A stretch of DNA of 64,000 nt. It comes from Alphaproteobacteria bacterium. Lineage in GTDB: Bacteria > Pseudomonadota > Alphaproteobacteria > JBKEAR01. Below the pieces are notes generated by a model that was not told the origin of the DNA, made no database searches, and was given only the letters and a program-made list of their open reading frames with translations. A program made the position numbers and the translations under genes. Positions 50,899-61,547 of this stretch are shown in pieces (within the stretch, counting starts at the first letter, position 1; each line of letters begins with the position of its first letter). Location of the stretch: assembly GCA_047973205.1 (NCBI GenBank), contig JBKEBO010000074.1:12057-76056 (forward strand), in the 5' to 3' direction.

Positions 50899-52515
50899 TT
50901 GGAAAATTTAGGAACTGTTGTTAGCAGCCATGGCCTTGAGGAACAAGGTCTTACCAATCTAAAAAGAGCTTACTGGAATTTATCACCAGAGGCTTTAGTG
51001 GAAGAAGCTATCAGAAGAAATGAAGGAAAACTTGCTAAGGGCGGTGCCTTTATGATGGATACGGGTATCTATACGGGTCGTTCACCTCAAGATCGTTTTG
51101 TTGTTGAAGATGAAACAAGTAAAGATACGGTTGATTGGGGAAAGATTAACCAACCTATCTCACCTGAAAATTTTGAGCGTCTATATAATAAAGTCCTTGC
51201 TTATTATCAAGGCAAAGGTGAGGTTTTTGTTCGTGATGTTCATGCAGGTGCTGATGAGACATACCAATTAAAATGCCGTTTTGTTACAGTGCGTGCTTGT
51301 CATAATATGTTTATTAACAACATGTTTTTGACACCAACTGACGAACAACGTAAAAGCTTTGCTCCTGACTTTACTGTGCTGCAATGTCCTGAGCTTAAAG
51401 GGGATGAAGCTCTTGACGGTATTCGCCAAGGTGGCGGCGGAACATTCATCGTTGTAAACTTTTCTAAACGTATGATTATCATTGGTGGTACTGAATATTC
51501 TGGCGAAATGAAAAAAGGTATCTTTGGTGTCCTTAACTATATACTTCCAGAACGTGGTATTATGCCTATGCACTGTTCGGCAAATATCGGTGATGATGGA
51601 AAATCAGCTGTATTTTTTGGTCTTTCTGGAACAGGTAAAACAACACTTTCGGCTGATCCAAGCCGTACACTTATTGGTGATGATGAGCATGCTTGGTCCG
51701 AGCAAGGTGTCTCTAACTTTGAAGGTGGTTGTTATGCAAAAGTTATCAATCTTGATGCCGATGCAGAGCCTATTATCTTTAAAACAACTCAAACATTTGG
51801 TACAATTTTAGAAAATATTGTTTATGATGAAAATACACGTGTTCCAGACTTATTTGATGGTTCTAAAACAGAAAATACACGCTCATCTTACCCAATTACG
51901 CAAGTACCTAATGCGACATTAGAGGGTAAGGGGCCGCATCCGAGCAATGTTGTGATGCTTACATGTGATGCTTTTGGTGTATTGCCTCCTATTTCGCGTC
52001 TTTCTGCAGCTCAAGCCTCGTATCAGTTTATTTCGGGCTATACCGCAAAAGTAGCAGGTACAGAACGTGGTATTACAGAGCCTCAAGCAACATTTTCTAG
52101 TTGTTTTGGCTCGCCCTTTATGCCGCGTCGTCCTGCTGAATATGCAGCTCTTTTAGGTAAACTTATCGAAAAACATGGTGCAAATTGTTGGCTTGTGAAT
52201 ACAGGCTGGTCAGCTGGTGCTTATGGCGTTGGTAGCCGTATGAAACTTAAATATACACGTGCATTACTTGAGGCTGCACTTAATGGTGAACTTAATAATG
52301 TAGAATATGTTAAAGATGAGTTCTTTGGCTTAGAAGTTCCAACATCATGCCCAGGCTTAGAAGATCAAAATATCTTAATGCCTAAAAATACATGGGCTGA
52401 TAAAGCTGCTTATGATGCAACAGCCAAAAAACTTGCTGGAATGTTTGAAGAAAACTTTAAAAAGTTTGAAGCAACAGTTACACCAGAAATTTTAGCTGCA
52501 GCAATTAAAGCCTAA
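50899..52515 (+). CDS. pckA: phosphoenolpyruvate carboxykinase (ATP)
   Basis: GLSGTGKTT kinase-1a motif and PckA family. The frame appears to initiate at TTG 50899 with SD aaaaggag at 7-nt spacing. Divergent from chvI, as in Brucella, Sinorhizobium and Agrobacterium. Confidence 0.95.
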   Translation: MENLGTVVSSHGLEEQGLTNLKRAYWNLSPEALVEEAIRRNEGKLAKGGAFMMDTGIYTGRSPQDRFVVEDETSKDTVDWGKINQPISPENFERLYNKVLAYYQGKGEVFVRDVHAGADETYQLKCRFVTVRACHNMFINNMFLTPTDEQRKSFAPDFTVLQCPELKGDEALDGIRQGGGGTFIVVNFSKRMIIIGGTEYSGEMKKGIFGVLNYILPERGIMPMHCSANIGDDGKSAVFFGLSGTGKTTLSADPSRTLIGDDEHAWSEQGVSNFEGGCYAKVINLDADAEPIIFKTTQTFGTILENIVYDENTRVPDLFDGSKTENTRSSYPITQVPNATLEGKGPHPSNVVMLTCDAFGVLPPISRLSAAQASYQFISGYTAKVAGTERGITEPQATFSSCFGSPFMPRRPAEYAALLGKLIEKHGANCWLVNTGWSAGAYGVGSRMKLKYTRALLEAALNGELNNVEYVKDEFFGLEVPTSCPGLEDQNILMPKNTWADKAAYDATAKKLAGMFEENFKKFEATVTPEILAAAIKA

Positions 52516-52537
52516 ATCATCCCTATTGGGGATAGTA

Positions 52538-52576
52538 AAAGAACCTGCTTATTTTTAAAGTAGGTTCTTTTTTCAT
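52538..52576 (+). terminator. rho-independent terminator after pckA
   Basis: aaagaacct ... aggttcttt stem followed by ttttt. Confidence 0.65.
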
Positions 52577-52872
52577 ATAAAAAGGAAGGGCTCACAGTAA
52601 CAAAACCGTGAGCCCATCTTTACTATCTTTGATATAGAGCGTTAACCTTGACCGGAGGTAAGACAGTAAAGAATTTGAGAAAATTATTCTATTTAATAAA
52701 TAATCTTCCTTTAAATAAACTCTACATCAAAAAGGTTAATAAAAAGTGAGTTATATAATTCTTTTTATGTGTAAATGAAAATTTTGTCTTACCTATATTT
52801 TTATAGAAGTTTTTAGAATCTTGTAATAATATAAGGCATTATGATTATGTTAATGAATATTGAGAATAAATT

Positions 52873-53712
52873 ATGCGGCTCTTTTATATTTTAAGTATAT
52901 GTATTTTATGGGTTTTTTCGGCATTTGCAGAAAAGCCAGCTGATGCTGATATTCAGACAGCCATTACCGAAAAGTCTAAATATATTCAAAAATTATCCTC
53001 TTTTAAAGATATTAAAGAGACTGATAATTGGTTTATTTTTGGTTATATTGCCACTCTTACCCAAAAAGGAATAGGCCCTAAGAATATTTATGTTTATGTT
53101 CCTAAAGGTGAAGATGGGCTTTCTGGGATGAAGGTTCGTCTCCATGGTTTTTTACCTTTTCCTTTTCCTTCAGTAACATATAACCAGTTTCGCCATTTTA
53201 TGAATGATTCTTCCGCTTTAGACGAGCTTACGGCTCATTTAGGAAAAGAAGCGGCGGCAGGATTTAAACAACGTTTTATTAATAGTATTCAACTTGATTT
53301 TTTGACGGATGAGGGTTATGTCAGTTTCTTCAAAAAAGAACAGGCTTTATTTGAAGATTTTCTTCAGCAATATGCTGATAAGCTCGAGCAAATCAAACAA
53401 TGGAATGATACCTTACTAAAGGCGGCCAAAGGTAATTTAAAACAATCTCCTCCTGATAGTTTATTAGAAGATGCAGGCTTTGCAGCCTATAAAAATAAAA
53501 TAGACCTTTTAGGAATGGACTTTGTTTTACCAGGGGTTACAGGCTCAACATGTACGCAATGTTTTATGATGGTTTCAGGCTTTACACCTTCCGATAATTA
53601 CTCAGGTTTCTTTTGGATTAAAGACGAAAATTTGCTTCCTCCTTGGGACCCGAATGGTGTCTTTTTTCAGCAGTCCCTCGGAGGCGGATGGTATATTTTT
53701 CATTCTACTTAA
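52873..53712 (+). CDS. hypothetical secreted protein
   Basis: Signal peptide MRLFYILSICILWVFSAFA. 279 aa. No family recognised. Confidence 0.55.
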   Translation: MRLFYILSICILWVFSAFAEKPADADIQTAITEKSKYIQKLSSFKDIKETDNWFIFGYIATLTQKGIGPKNIYVYVPKGEDGLSGMKVRLHGFLPFPFPSVTYNQFRHFMNDSSALDELTAHLGKEAAAGFKQRFINSIQLDFLTDEGYVSFFKKEQALFEDFLQQYADKLEQIKQWNDTLLKAAKGNLKQSPPDSLLEDAGFAAYKNKIDLLGMDFVLPGVTGSTCTQCFMMVSGFTPSDNYSGFFWIKDENLLPPWDPNGVFFQQSLGGGWYIFHST

Positions 53713-53765
53713 AGAAATGTTTTTCCTTGCTTACACCCCGCAATATTAGTGGGGTAAAGCCCGAT

Positions 53766-54725
53766 TTATAATATACAATGTGCTTTGATTTTGGCTCGAA
53801 GTTTATCGGTATCGGCATTAAAAGCACGAATACCTTGGGCAAGTTTTTCGGTAGCCATAGCATCTTCGTTCATATGCCAACGAAAAGCTTCTTCTGAGCA
53901 ATCCATTTTTTCTTGTATGCTTGCTTTAGCGGCCTCTTCAGAAAGGCGAGGGGTTAATGAACCCTCATCATTTTGTAGCCCTGCAAGTAAATCAGGAGAA
54001 ATAGTCAGGCGGTCAACACCAGCAAGTTCTTCAATTTCGCCTTGATTACGAAAGCTTGCTCCCATCACAATCGTATTAAACCCAAAAACTTTGTAATAAT
54101 TGTAAATATCAGTCACCGAGATAACGCCAGGGTCAGTTTTTGAGGTATATTCTTCGCCTGTTTCTTTTTTATACCAATCTAAAATACGCCCAACAAAAGG
54201 TGAGATTAAGTAGACTCCAGCCTCTGCACAAGCAACCGCCTGAGCTTTGCTAAAAATAAGAGTAAGGTTACAGTTGATACCTTCTTTTTCTAAAATTTCG
54301 GCTGCACGAATACCTTCCCATGTTGCTGCAATTTTAATAAGGATACGCTCACGCTTAATATCTTTGCTTTCGTAAAGCTCAATTAAGCGACGAGCTTTAG
54401 CAATAGTTGCCTCAGTATTAAAGGAAAGGCGAGCATCAACTTCTGTCGAAACACGGCCAGGGACGATATTAGCAAGTCTTTCACCAAAAGCTGTTGCTAG
54501 ATAATCTAAGGCTTCTTCAATTAAATCATCGCCTGTTTTGCCCGAAGATTTAGCCTCGTTAATTGCGGCTTCTACAATGGGGGCATATTCAGCCATTTCA
54601 GCAGCTTTTAAAATAAGGCTAGGATTTGTGGTACAATCTTGGGGCTTATATTGCTCAATGGCATTAAAATCGCCTGTATCGGCCACAACAGTTGTATATT
54701 GTTTGAGTTGCTCAAGTTTATTCAT
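53766..54725 (-). CDS. talB: transaldolase (TalB type)
   Basis: [19 protein letters not shown], and the Schiff-base Lys region [11 protein letters not shown]. Very similar to enterobacterial TalB. Confidence 0.95.
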   Translation of the reverse strand: MNKLEQLKQYTTVVADTGDFNAIEQYKPQDCTTNPSLILKAAEMAEYAPIVEAAINEAKSSGKTGDDLIEEALDYLATAFGERLANIVPGRVSTEVDARLSFNTEATIAKARRLIELYESKDIKRERILIKIAATWEGIRAAEILEKEGINCNLTLIFSKAQAVACAEAGVYLISPFVGRILDWYKKETGEEYTSKTDPGVISVTDIYNYYKVFGFNTIVMGASFRNQGEIEELAGVDRLTISPDLLAGLQNDEGSLTPRLSEEAAKASIQEKMDCSEEAFRWHMNEDAMATEKLAQGIRAFNADTDKLRAKIKAHCIL

Positions 54726-54745
54726 CTTTTTCTTCTTTCTTTTTT

Positions 54746-55510
54746 CTAGTTCATTGCTTTTGCAGCAGCACGAATAACAGTCTTAATAGCGTTATCTTCG
54801 GCTTGCTTAACCACAGAAACATCAGGTGTTTCTTGCATTGTTCGATTAACTACAACCCCTGCAACACAAGCGGCTTTTAAGCCCATTGTTGCACATTGGG
54901 TAAATAGGGTAGCACTTTCCATTTCAAAATTTAATACCTTAAGTTTTTGCCATTCATCCATGCTTCCTTGCAAGGCTTTTGTAACATGGCCACTATAAGT
55001 ATCGTAGCGTTCTTGCCCAGGATAAAAGGTATCCGATGAGGCCGTAATACCCACATGATACGAAGCTCCTACTTCGCTAGCGGCATCAACCATATGGCGG
55101 GTAAGCTCAAAATTAGAGGCTGCAGGATATCCCAAAGGGGCAAAATGTAGACTCGCCCCATCAAGACGCAACGAGGCTTGTGATATAATCAAATCACCTG
55201 CGTTAATATGGGGCTGAATAGCTCCTGTTGTTCCCACCCGTAAAAAGGACTTTATACCAAGTTGAGCAAGTTCTTCAACGGCAATGGATGTGGATGGTCC
55301 ACCAATACCTGTAGAACAAATAACAATAGGGGTATTGTCAATATAGGCTAGATAAATGTTGAACTCACGATGAGTTGCTAAATGTTTGGGATTACTTAGT
55401 AAGTTGGCAATTTTAACAACACGTTCAGGGTCGCCAGGAATAATGGCAACTTTTGCACCGCATAATGCTTCTTGGTCAATCCTTAGGTGAAACATTTTTT
55501 TATTAGACAT
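54746..55510 (-). CDS. udp: uridine phosphorylase
   Basis: [24 protein letters not shown]...[11 protein letters not shown]...[17 protein letters not shown], near-collinear with enterobacterial Udp. Start set at ATG 55510 (MSNKKMFHL). Confidence 0.85.
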   Translation of the reverse strand: MSNKKMFHLRIDQEALCGAKVAIIPGDPERVVKIANLLSNPKHLATHREFNIYLAYIDNTPIVICSTGIGGPSTSIAVEELAQLGIKSFLRVGTTGAIQPHINAGDLIISQASLRLDGASLHFAPLGYPAASNFELTRHMVDAASEVGASYHVGITASSDTFYPGQERYDTYSGHVTKALQGSMDEWQKLKVLNFEMESATLFTQCATMGLKAACVAGVVVNRTMQETPDVSVVKQAEDNAIKTVIRAAAKAMN

Positions 55511-55645
55511 TCGTAATATCCTGTAATATTTTAATTTGATATTTAAGCTAGCAGAGATTTTATGTTTTTTCAATGCAACATACTATCAAATCATCAGTTT
55601 TTATTCTATAATACTCAATAAAAAGATATACGGAAAAATTTTTAA

Positions 55646-56485
55646 ATGAAGAAAATAATACCATTTATGATGCTTTTAGTCCTTTCGGCCTGTGTTATAC
55701 CCACGCAGCAAGGGCAAAAAACACCTGCTGAGATAGCTCAAAGAAAAGCATGGATGGATGAGCTTAATAAATATGCTATTGATTTACGCTATGTTTACGG
55801 TAAAAAAACAGGCTGGATTGATTTTAGTCATGCTTTTCCTTATCATACGGAAGTAAAAAAATGGACAGCCTATAATATTTGGCAACAATTTAAAAAAGAG
55901 GAAGGCAATAGTAGTCCTGATTTTTGGAATCATTTTTTGGTAAGAAAAATCTGTGATTCACGTTTTAAAGACTTAACATCTAAAAATTATTTCCCGATTA
56001 CTCACGAGCAAGCCATGGGTGTTTATGGGCAAAATTTTGCAGCGAGTCGAGAGGCCTATATTGTCAGAAAGCATCTACCTGCTAAGATTAAAGAGCAAGT
56101 AGCTTTTTCCATATTTATGGATGTTTCTTATGAGTTCGAAAAATTGCAAGGAACATTTCCTTATGCCATTGGTATAGGAAATTCGGCCTCAAGCTTTAGT
56201 ACAGAGGATTTGCCCTCTAATGCAATTGGATTTTTTGCGGTCAGCCGTGGCGGTGCTAAGGATAAATATGGTGTATGGAAATACTTAAAAAAATATGGTG
56301 AGATTGTTCCTGTGGCTGAGGCAAGGAAGTTGAAAAAACTTGGCTTTAAAAAGGATTTAAACCATAAGGTGCAACCGATTTTATATCATCAGGGTAAAAA
56401 AGAGTATTTGTCTATTTTTGATACACCTATATTGGCTGAGGGTCAATATTACATCAATGTGAAACATCTTAAGCAATGTGATTAA
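55646..56485 (+). CDS. hypothetical lipoprotein
   Basis: Lipobox LLVLSACV. 279 aa. No family recognised. Confidence 0.6.
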   Translation: MKKIIPFMMLLVLSACVIPTQQGQKTPAEIAQRKAWMDELNKYAIDLRYVYGKKTGWIDFSHAFPYHTEVKKWTAYNIWQQFKKEEGNSSPDFWNHFLVRKICDSRFKDLTSKNYFPITHEQAMGVYGQNFAASREAYIVRKHLPAKIKEQVAFSIFMDVSYEFEKLQGTFPYAIGIGNSASSFSTEDLPSNAIGFFAVSRGGAKDKYGVWKYLKKYGEIVPVAEARKLKKLGFKKDLNHKVQPILYHQGKKEYLSIFDTPILAEGQYYINVKHLKQCD

Positions 56486-56560
56486 AAATTATATTGTTTT
56501 TAAGAGGCATAGCGAATAAAGTAAGTATATAAATTTTACGATAAGATATGGAGATAAATC

Positions 56561-57361
56561 ATGAAAGTTGGTGTTGTTGGTATTGCAGGACGTATGGGGC
56601 AAACTTTGGCTCAAGAGCTTAATAAAATATCAGGTGTTTATTTAGCGGCGGCCACAGAAAATCCTAACGGTGTGCATATCGGTCAAACAATTGGTGAAAT
56701 TACAGGAATAAAAAAACTGGATATTCAGGTAAAAGATACGCCTGAGCATATGTTTGAAACTTGTGATGTCGTGATTGATTTTTCCACCCCAAAACTCATA
56801 AAAACCCATGCAGAACTTGCGATTAAATATAAAACAAATCTGGTTGTGGGAACAACAGGCCTTGATGAAGAAGATGAAAAGAACCTTAATCGTGCGGCTC
56901 AAAAAGTAACGGTTGTTCAAGCAGGAAATATGAGCTTAGGTGTGAATATTTTACAGGGCTTAACCAAAAAAATTGCCGCAATTTTAGATGAAGCATGGGA
57001 TATTGAAGTTATTGAGATGCATCATCGCCATAAGGTTGATGCTCCCTCAGGAACAGCTCTTATGCTCGGTAAGGCTGCCGCTGAGGGACGAGGTGTATCC
57101 TTAGAAGAAAAGGGCGTAATGGAGCGTAAAGGCCATACAGGAGCTAGAAAAGATGGTGATATTGGCTTTGCTACATTACGAGGAGGCTCAGTTGTTGGTG
57201 AACATAGTGTGATTTTTGCAGGTGAAGATGAGCTGATTGAGCTTAAACATACGGCTCTTAGTCGTGTGATTTTTGCAAAAGGAGCTATTAGAGCTGCAAT
57301 GTGGTGCGATGGTCATGCTCCAGGTCGTTATGATATGCAAGATGTTTTGGGCCTTGAATAA
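56561..57361 (+). CDS. dapB: 4-hydroxy-tetrahydrodipicolinate reductase
   Basis: MKVGVVGIAGRMG NAD(P) motif. DapB family. Confidence 0.95.
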   Translation: MKVGVVGIAGRMGQTLAQELNKISGVYLAAATENPNGVHIGQTIGEITGIKKLDIQVKDTPEHMFETCDVVIDFSTPKLIKTHAELAIKYKTNLVVGTTGLDEEDEKNLNRAAQKVTVVQAGNMSLGVNILQGLTKKIAAILDEAWDIEVIEMHHRHKVDAPSGTALMLGKAAAEGRGVSLEEKGVMERKGHTGARKDGDIGFATLRGGSVVGEHSVIFAGEDELIELKHTALSRVIFAKGAIRAAMWCDGHAPGRYDMQDVLGLE

Positions 57362-57364
57362 TTG

Positions 57365-58009
57365 ATGGTTAAAGCCTTAACAAAGCCTCAAATTACTGAA
57401 TTTTTTAGTATATTACAAAAAGATAATCCTGAGCCAAAAGGAGAGCTTAACTTTACTAACCCTTATACGATGTTGGTTGCAGTGGCTCTTTCGGCTCAGG
57501 CGACAGATAAAGGGGTGAATAAGGCAACACAAAGCCTGTTTAAAATTGTTTCTACCCCACAAGATATGATTAACTTGGGTTTGGATAATCTGATTAAGCA
57601 TATAAAATCTATTGGTCTTTATAATGCTAAAGCAAAGAATATTATGGCTGCGGCTCATATGTTAGTTGATGAATTTGATGGAAAAGTTCCTCAAAGTCGC
57701 GATGAGCTTGTTCGACTTGCAGGGGTTGGTCGTAAAACGGCTAATGTTGTGTTGAATTTAGCTTTTGGCCAGCCGACAATTGCTGTAGATACCCATATTT
57801 TTCGTTTGTCTAATCGTAGCGGACTTGCTATAGGTAAAAATGTGGATATTGTTGAAAAAAAACTGGAAAAGAATATCCCTAAAGAATATTTACTCCATAG
57901 CCATCATTGGCTTATTTTACATGGACGCTATGTGTGCAAAGCTCGTAAACCTTTATGCAATGAGTGCAAAATAAGCCATATTTGTAACTTTGATGCTAAA
58001 GAATCTTAG
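57365..58009 (+). CDS. nth: endonuclease III
   Basis: HhH-GPD motif (LVRLAGVGRKTANVVL) and C-terminal 4Fe-4S Cys cluster CKARKPLCNECKISHIC. ATG at 57365; an alternative TTG lies at 57362. Confidence 0.95.
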   Translation: MVKALTKPQITEFFSILQKDNPEPKGELNFTNPYTMLVAVALSAQATDKGVNKATQSLFKIVSTPQDMINLGLDNLIKHIKSIGLYNAKAKNIMAAAHMLVDEFDGKVPQSRDELVRLAGVGRKTANVVLNLAFGQPTIAVDTHIFRLSNRSGLAIGKNVDIVEKKLEKNIPKEYLLHSHHWLILHGRYVCKARKPLCNECKISHICNFDAKES

Positions 58010-58182
58010 TCTTTAGAAGACTTTTTATCTAAAAAGTATAAGGTTGGATAGGTGAGTACAAAAATAAGAATGGTCAGACGATAAAACCAAGCCCCTAAAA
58101 AATTTCCTGTAGCGGCACAGATGGTGAAAATAACACTCATTAAAGCGGCTGTGATAATAATAGAGAATATAAAACGTCGCAT
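58006..58182 (-). CDS. hypothetical 58-aa two-helix membrane micro-protein downstream of glmS
   Basis: Hand translation gives MRRFIFSIIITAALMSVIFTICAATGNFLGAWFYRLTILIFVLTYPTLYFLDKKSSKD. Lies 40 nt downstream of the glmS stop on the same strand. The 3-prime end overlaps the nth stop by 4 nt. Weak SD. Below the ORF-track cutoff. Confidence 0.3.
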   Translation of the reverse strand: MRRFIFSIIITAALMSVIFTICAATGNFLGAWFYRLTILIFVLTYPTLYFLDKKSSKD

Positions 58183-58221
58183 TTTTTTCTGCTTTCTTTT
58201 GTAAGATTAATAATCATCATC

Positions 58222-60039
58222 TTACTCAACAGTAACCGATTTAGCAAGATTTCTTGGCTGGTCTACATCCTTACCCAAAGCAACGGCAGCATAATAGGCT
58301 AAAAATTGCATGGGAAGAACATATAAAATGGGTGATGTTATTGGATGGATATCGGGCATCACTACTTTGTGAATAGCCTCTTGCTCATGGGCTGTTTTTG
58401 CATCACTCACCAAAATAACCTGAGCCTTACGAGCTGCAACCTCATGCATGTTAGAAAGTGATTTATCTAAAACATCATCATTAGGAGCAAGTACAACCAC
58501 AGGAACATGCTCATCAATAAGAGCAATAGCCCCATGTTTCATCTCGCCCGAAGCATAGCCCTCGGCATGAATATAGCTAATCTCTTTAAGTTTAAGAGCA
58601 GATTCTAATGCAATCGGATAACAACGACCACGACCTAAAAACAAAACATCCGATGCAGGAGCAATGGCTTTGCCTATATGTTCAATTTCTTTTTCCTGCT
58701 CTAAAACCAGATTATAAAGGCGAGGAAGTTCTAAAATGGCTTCAACAATTTCTTTTTCTTTTGCGGCCGAAAGCACTCCACGTTTACGACCTAGCCATAG
58801 AGCCAAGCAAAGTACAACAAAGCATTGAGCCGTATAGGCTTTGGTTGAGGCTACACCAATCTCAGCTCCTGCCATTGTGGCTAAAATATCGTCACTTTCT
58901 CTTGCCATGGTTGAGCTTAATACGTTAACAATAGTAATCACATGTTGGCCTTCCGCCTTAGCTCGACGAAGAGCAGCTAGGGTATCAGCGGTTTCACCAC
59001 TTTGAGAAAATGTAATGAAGACACCATCTTTTGGTTGAACCAAATCACGATAACGATATTCAGAAGCGACATCTAAATCTACGGCAATACGGGCCAGTGT
59101 TTCCATATAATAACGCCCTAAAAGAGCCGCATGAAAAGCAGTTCCGCAGGCAGTGAATGTCATACGACTAATGGTATTGGCATCTAAAGAAAGTTCTAAC
59201 TCTTTGACTTGCTTATTTTCTACATCAATATATTGTTCAATTAGTCCTGCAAGTACCGAGGGTTGCTCATAGACTTCCTTAAGCATAAAATGCTCAAAAC
59301 CGCCCTTATCAATTTTTTCGGCAGTTAAGCCAGTATGGGAGACTTCTCGCGTAACTTTTTGGTTTTGGCCATTGTAAATTTCTGTACCATGGATGGTTAC
59401 AATTCCCCAATCACCTTCTTCTAAAAACATCACTTTATCAGTAGCTTGAGCCAAAGATAAGGGGTCTGAGCCTACATACATTTCACCATCACCAACACCA
59501 ATAACCAAAGGACTACCCAAGCGAGCCACATAAATAATCTCAGGGGTTGATTTTATCATCACAGCTAAGGCATAAGCCCCTTGGAGGCGTTTAACACTTT
59601 GGGCAAAAGCCTCTTTCGCCTCAAGGCCTTTATCTAGATAACCTTGGATTAAATGGGCAACAACTTCTGTATCTGTTTCGCTAGAGAATATACAACCAGC
59701 AGTTAAAAGCTCAGCTTTAAGTTCTTGCCAATTTTCGATAATGCCATTATGAACCACAACAACATCGGCTGAGGCATGGGGGTGAGCATTGGCCTCAGTT
59801 GGAGCACCATGGGTAGCCCAACGAATATGACCAATTCCACCACAACCACTTAAAGGGGCATCTTTAACCACATTTTGTAAGGCGGAGATTTTTCCTTTAG
59901 CCCGTCTACGTAAGAAATCATCACCTGTATAAACAGCAATACCCGCACTATCATAACCCCGATACTCCATACGCTGCAAGCCGCTGAGTAAAAAGGGAAC
60001 AGCATCACTGTTACCAACCATTCCAATAATTCCGCACAT
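58222..60039 (-). CDS. glmS: glutamine--fructose-6-phosphate aminotransferase
   Basis: MCGIIG Ntn nucleophile. Two SIS domains. C-terminal ...VDQPRNLAKSVTVE. Confidence 0.95.
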   Translation of the reverse strand: MCGIIGMVGNSDAVPFLLSGLQRMEYRGYDSAGIAVYTGDDFLRRRAKGKISALQNVVKDAPLSGCGGIGHIRWATHGAPTEANAHPHASADVVVVHNGIIENWQELKAELLTAGCIFSSETDTEVVAHLIQGYLDKGLEAKEAFAQSVKRLQGAYALAVMIKSTPEIIYVARLGSPLVIGVGDGEMYVGSDPLSLAQATDKVMFLEEGDWGIVTIHGTEIYNGQNQKVTREVSHTGLTAEKIDKGGFEHFMLKEVYEQPSVLAGLIEQYIDVENKQVKELELSLDANTISRMTFTACGTAFHAALLGRYYMETLARIAVDLDVASEYRYRDLVQPKDGVFITFSQSGETADTLAALRRAKAEGQHVITIVNVLSSTMARESDDILATMAGAEIGVASTKAYTAQCFVVLCLALWLGRKRGVLSAAKEKEIVEAILELPRLYNLVLEQEKEIEHIGKAIAPASDVLFLGRGRCYPIALESALKLKEISYIHAEGYASGEMKHGAIALIDEHVPVVVLAPNDDVLDKSLSNMHEVAARKAQVILVSDAKTAHEQEAIHKVVMPDIHPITSPILYVLPMQFLAYYAAVALGKDVDQPRNLAKSVTVE

Positions 60040-60189
60040 AATATATAGTCTCCTAAATATCTAAATTTTTCTCACTATAACAAAAAAGATTCCACTTATA
60101 AAATAAACTCATGTTAAGAAATGTAAAAATCATAAGAGCTGATTATAATGCAAAAATATTAATAATATACTATCACTAAAGAATAAGGC

Positions 60190-61452
60190 TTAGATGCTCT
60201 TAATAAGCCTTTGAGCCTTATAGAAAAAGTGATATGTACATAGGCTGATGATTATCATAAGTAAGCCTGCAATGTAAAAGGGAATAAAAACAAAAGTTCC
60301 TATTTTATCAAAAATGATACCATAAACAAATTGCCCCAATGGACTTGTACACATACAAATACAGATAAAGCAAGAAATCACCTTACCTATCAGATGCTTA
60401 GGTGTTAAAATTTGCAAACAAGTTATTATCTGAATTTGAAATAATGTTGATAATGTAATGAGCAAAGCACAAGCCAAAACCAGTATGATATAAATCTCCA
60501 TAGGGCTTTTAAGTGTTTGCAAAGCTATGCCAATAATAAGTATGGATAAGGTGCAACCGATTAAAAACCATGGGCTTAAGCTTAGTTTGAGCCTTTGAGC
60601 AAAGATGGCCGCAAATAGTCCACCTATTATAGCTCCTGCACCAATAATACCTTGACCATAACCATATAATCTATTGGCTATATCTGGAGAAAATCCTAAG
60701 AACTGAGTGATTAAAACAGGTAAACTAATTAAAATAAGAGATGTTAAAAACAAATTGATAGAGGCAAATATTAAGGATGTTTTCCATAAAAAGGGTTGTT
60801 TTTTAAAGATAAAATGGAAGCTCTCTTTAATATCGCTAAAGCCTAAAGCAATAATATTTTGCCTGTATTGCTTTTTTTTATGGGGAATATGAATAAATAT
60901 TTCCATAAGAGCTGATAGCAAAAAACAAGCCGCACTGATATATAAAATAGGCATTAAACCCATGATAGAAAATAAAATACCTCCCAAAATAGGGCCTACC
61001 ATATTGGCAGCAGAACTTGTAAGGTTAACAATGCTATTGGCTTTCATCATATGGGAATTATCAACAAGACTAGGAATGCTTGCCTGCACCGCTGGCTGAT
61101 AAGCCCCTTGAATAGCATATAGAATAATCATGGTTATGGCGATGAGGCTCACAATGCTGATTTGTTCAATCAAAAGGCAAAATATAAAGATTAATATGGC
61201 CATACAAAAATCTAAGGCGACCATGATATTCTTTTTATTCATACGATCAGCAATGAGACCTCCAATAGGAAAAAACAAGAGCATGGGAATAAGAGAAACA
61301 GCCATAATCGTTCCGAATAAAGCGGCTGAGCCTGTTTTGTTAAGAAGGTAAAGGGGGAGGGCATATCGTAATATTTGATTGCCAAAAAGAGAGATGATTT
61401 GACCCAAAATAACAAGGGTAAAGTCTTTGTGAAATAGAGTATTTTTATTCAT
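60190..61452 (-). CDS. MFS transporter
   Basis: 12 predicted TM helices with an MFS-like loop 2-3 motif. Start set at ATG 61452 (MNKNTLFHKDFTLVILGQ). Confidence 0.8.
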   Translation of the reverse strand: MNKNTLFHKDFTLVILGQIISLFGNQILRYALPLYLLNKTGSAALFGTIMAVSLIPMLLFFPIGGLIADRMNKKNIMVALDFCMAILIFIFCLLIEQISIVSLIAITMIILYAIQGAYQPAVQASIPSLVDNSHMMKANSIVNLTSSAANMVGPILGGILFSIMGLMPILYISAACFLLSALMEIFIHIPHKKKQYRQNIIALGFSDIKESFHFIFKKQPFLWKTSLIFASINLFLTSLILISLPVLITQFLGFSPDIANRLYGYGQGIIGAGAIIGGLFAAIFAQRLKLSLSPWFLIGCTLSILIIGIALQTLKSPMEIYIILVLACALLITLSTLFQIQIITCLQILTPKHLIGKVISCFICICMCTSPLGQFVYGIIFDKIGTFVFIPFYIAGLLMIIISLCTYHFFYKAQRLIKSI

Positions 61453-61547
61453 GGGGATTTTTAGCTCTTCCGTAAGATATTGTTTCTTAGGAAATAAAAT
61501 ATAGGAACTTTGTTTCCTTGTCAACAATTTATTTAAAAAGAACTTAT

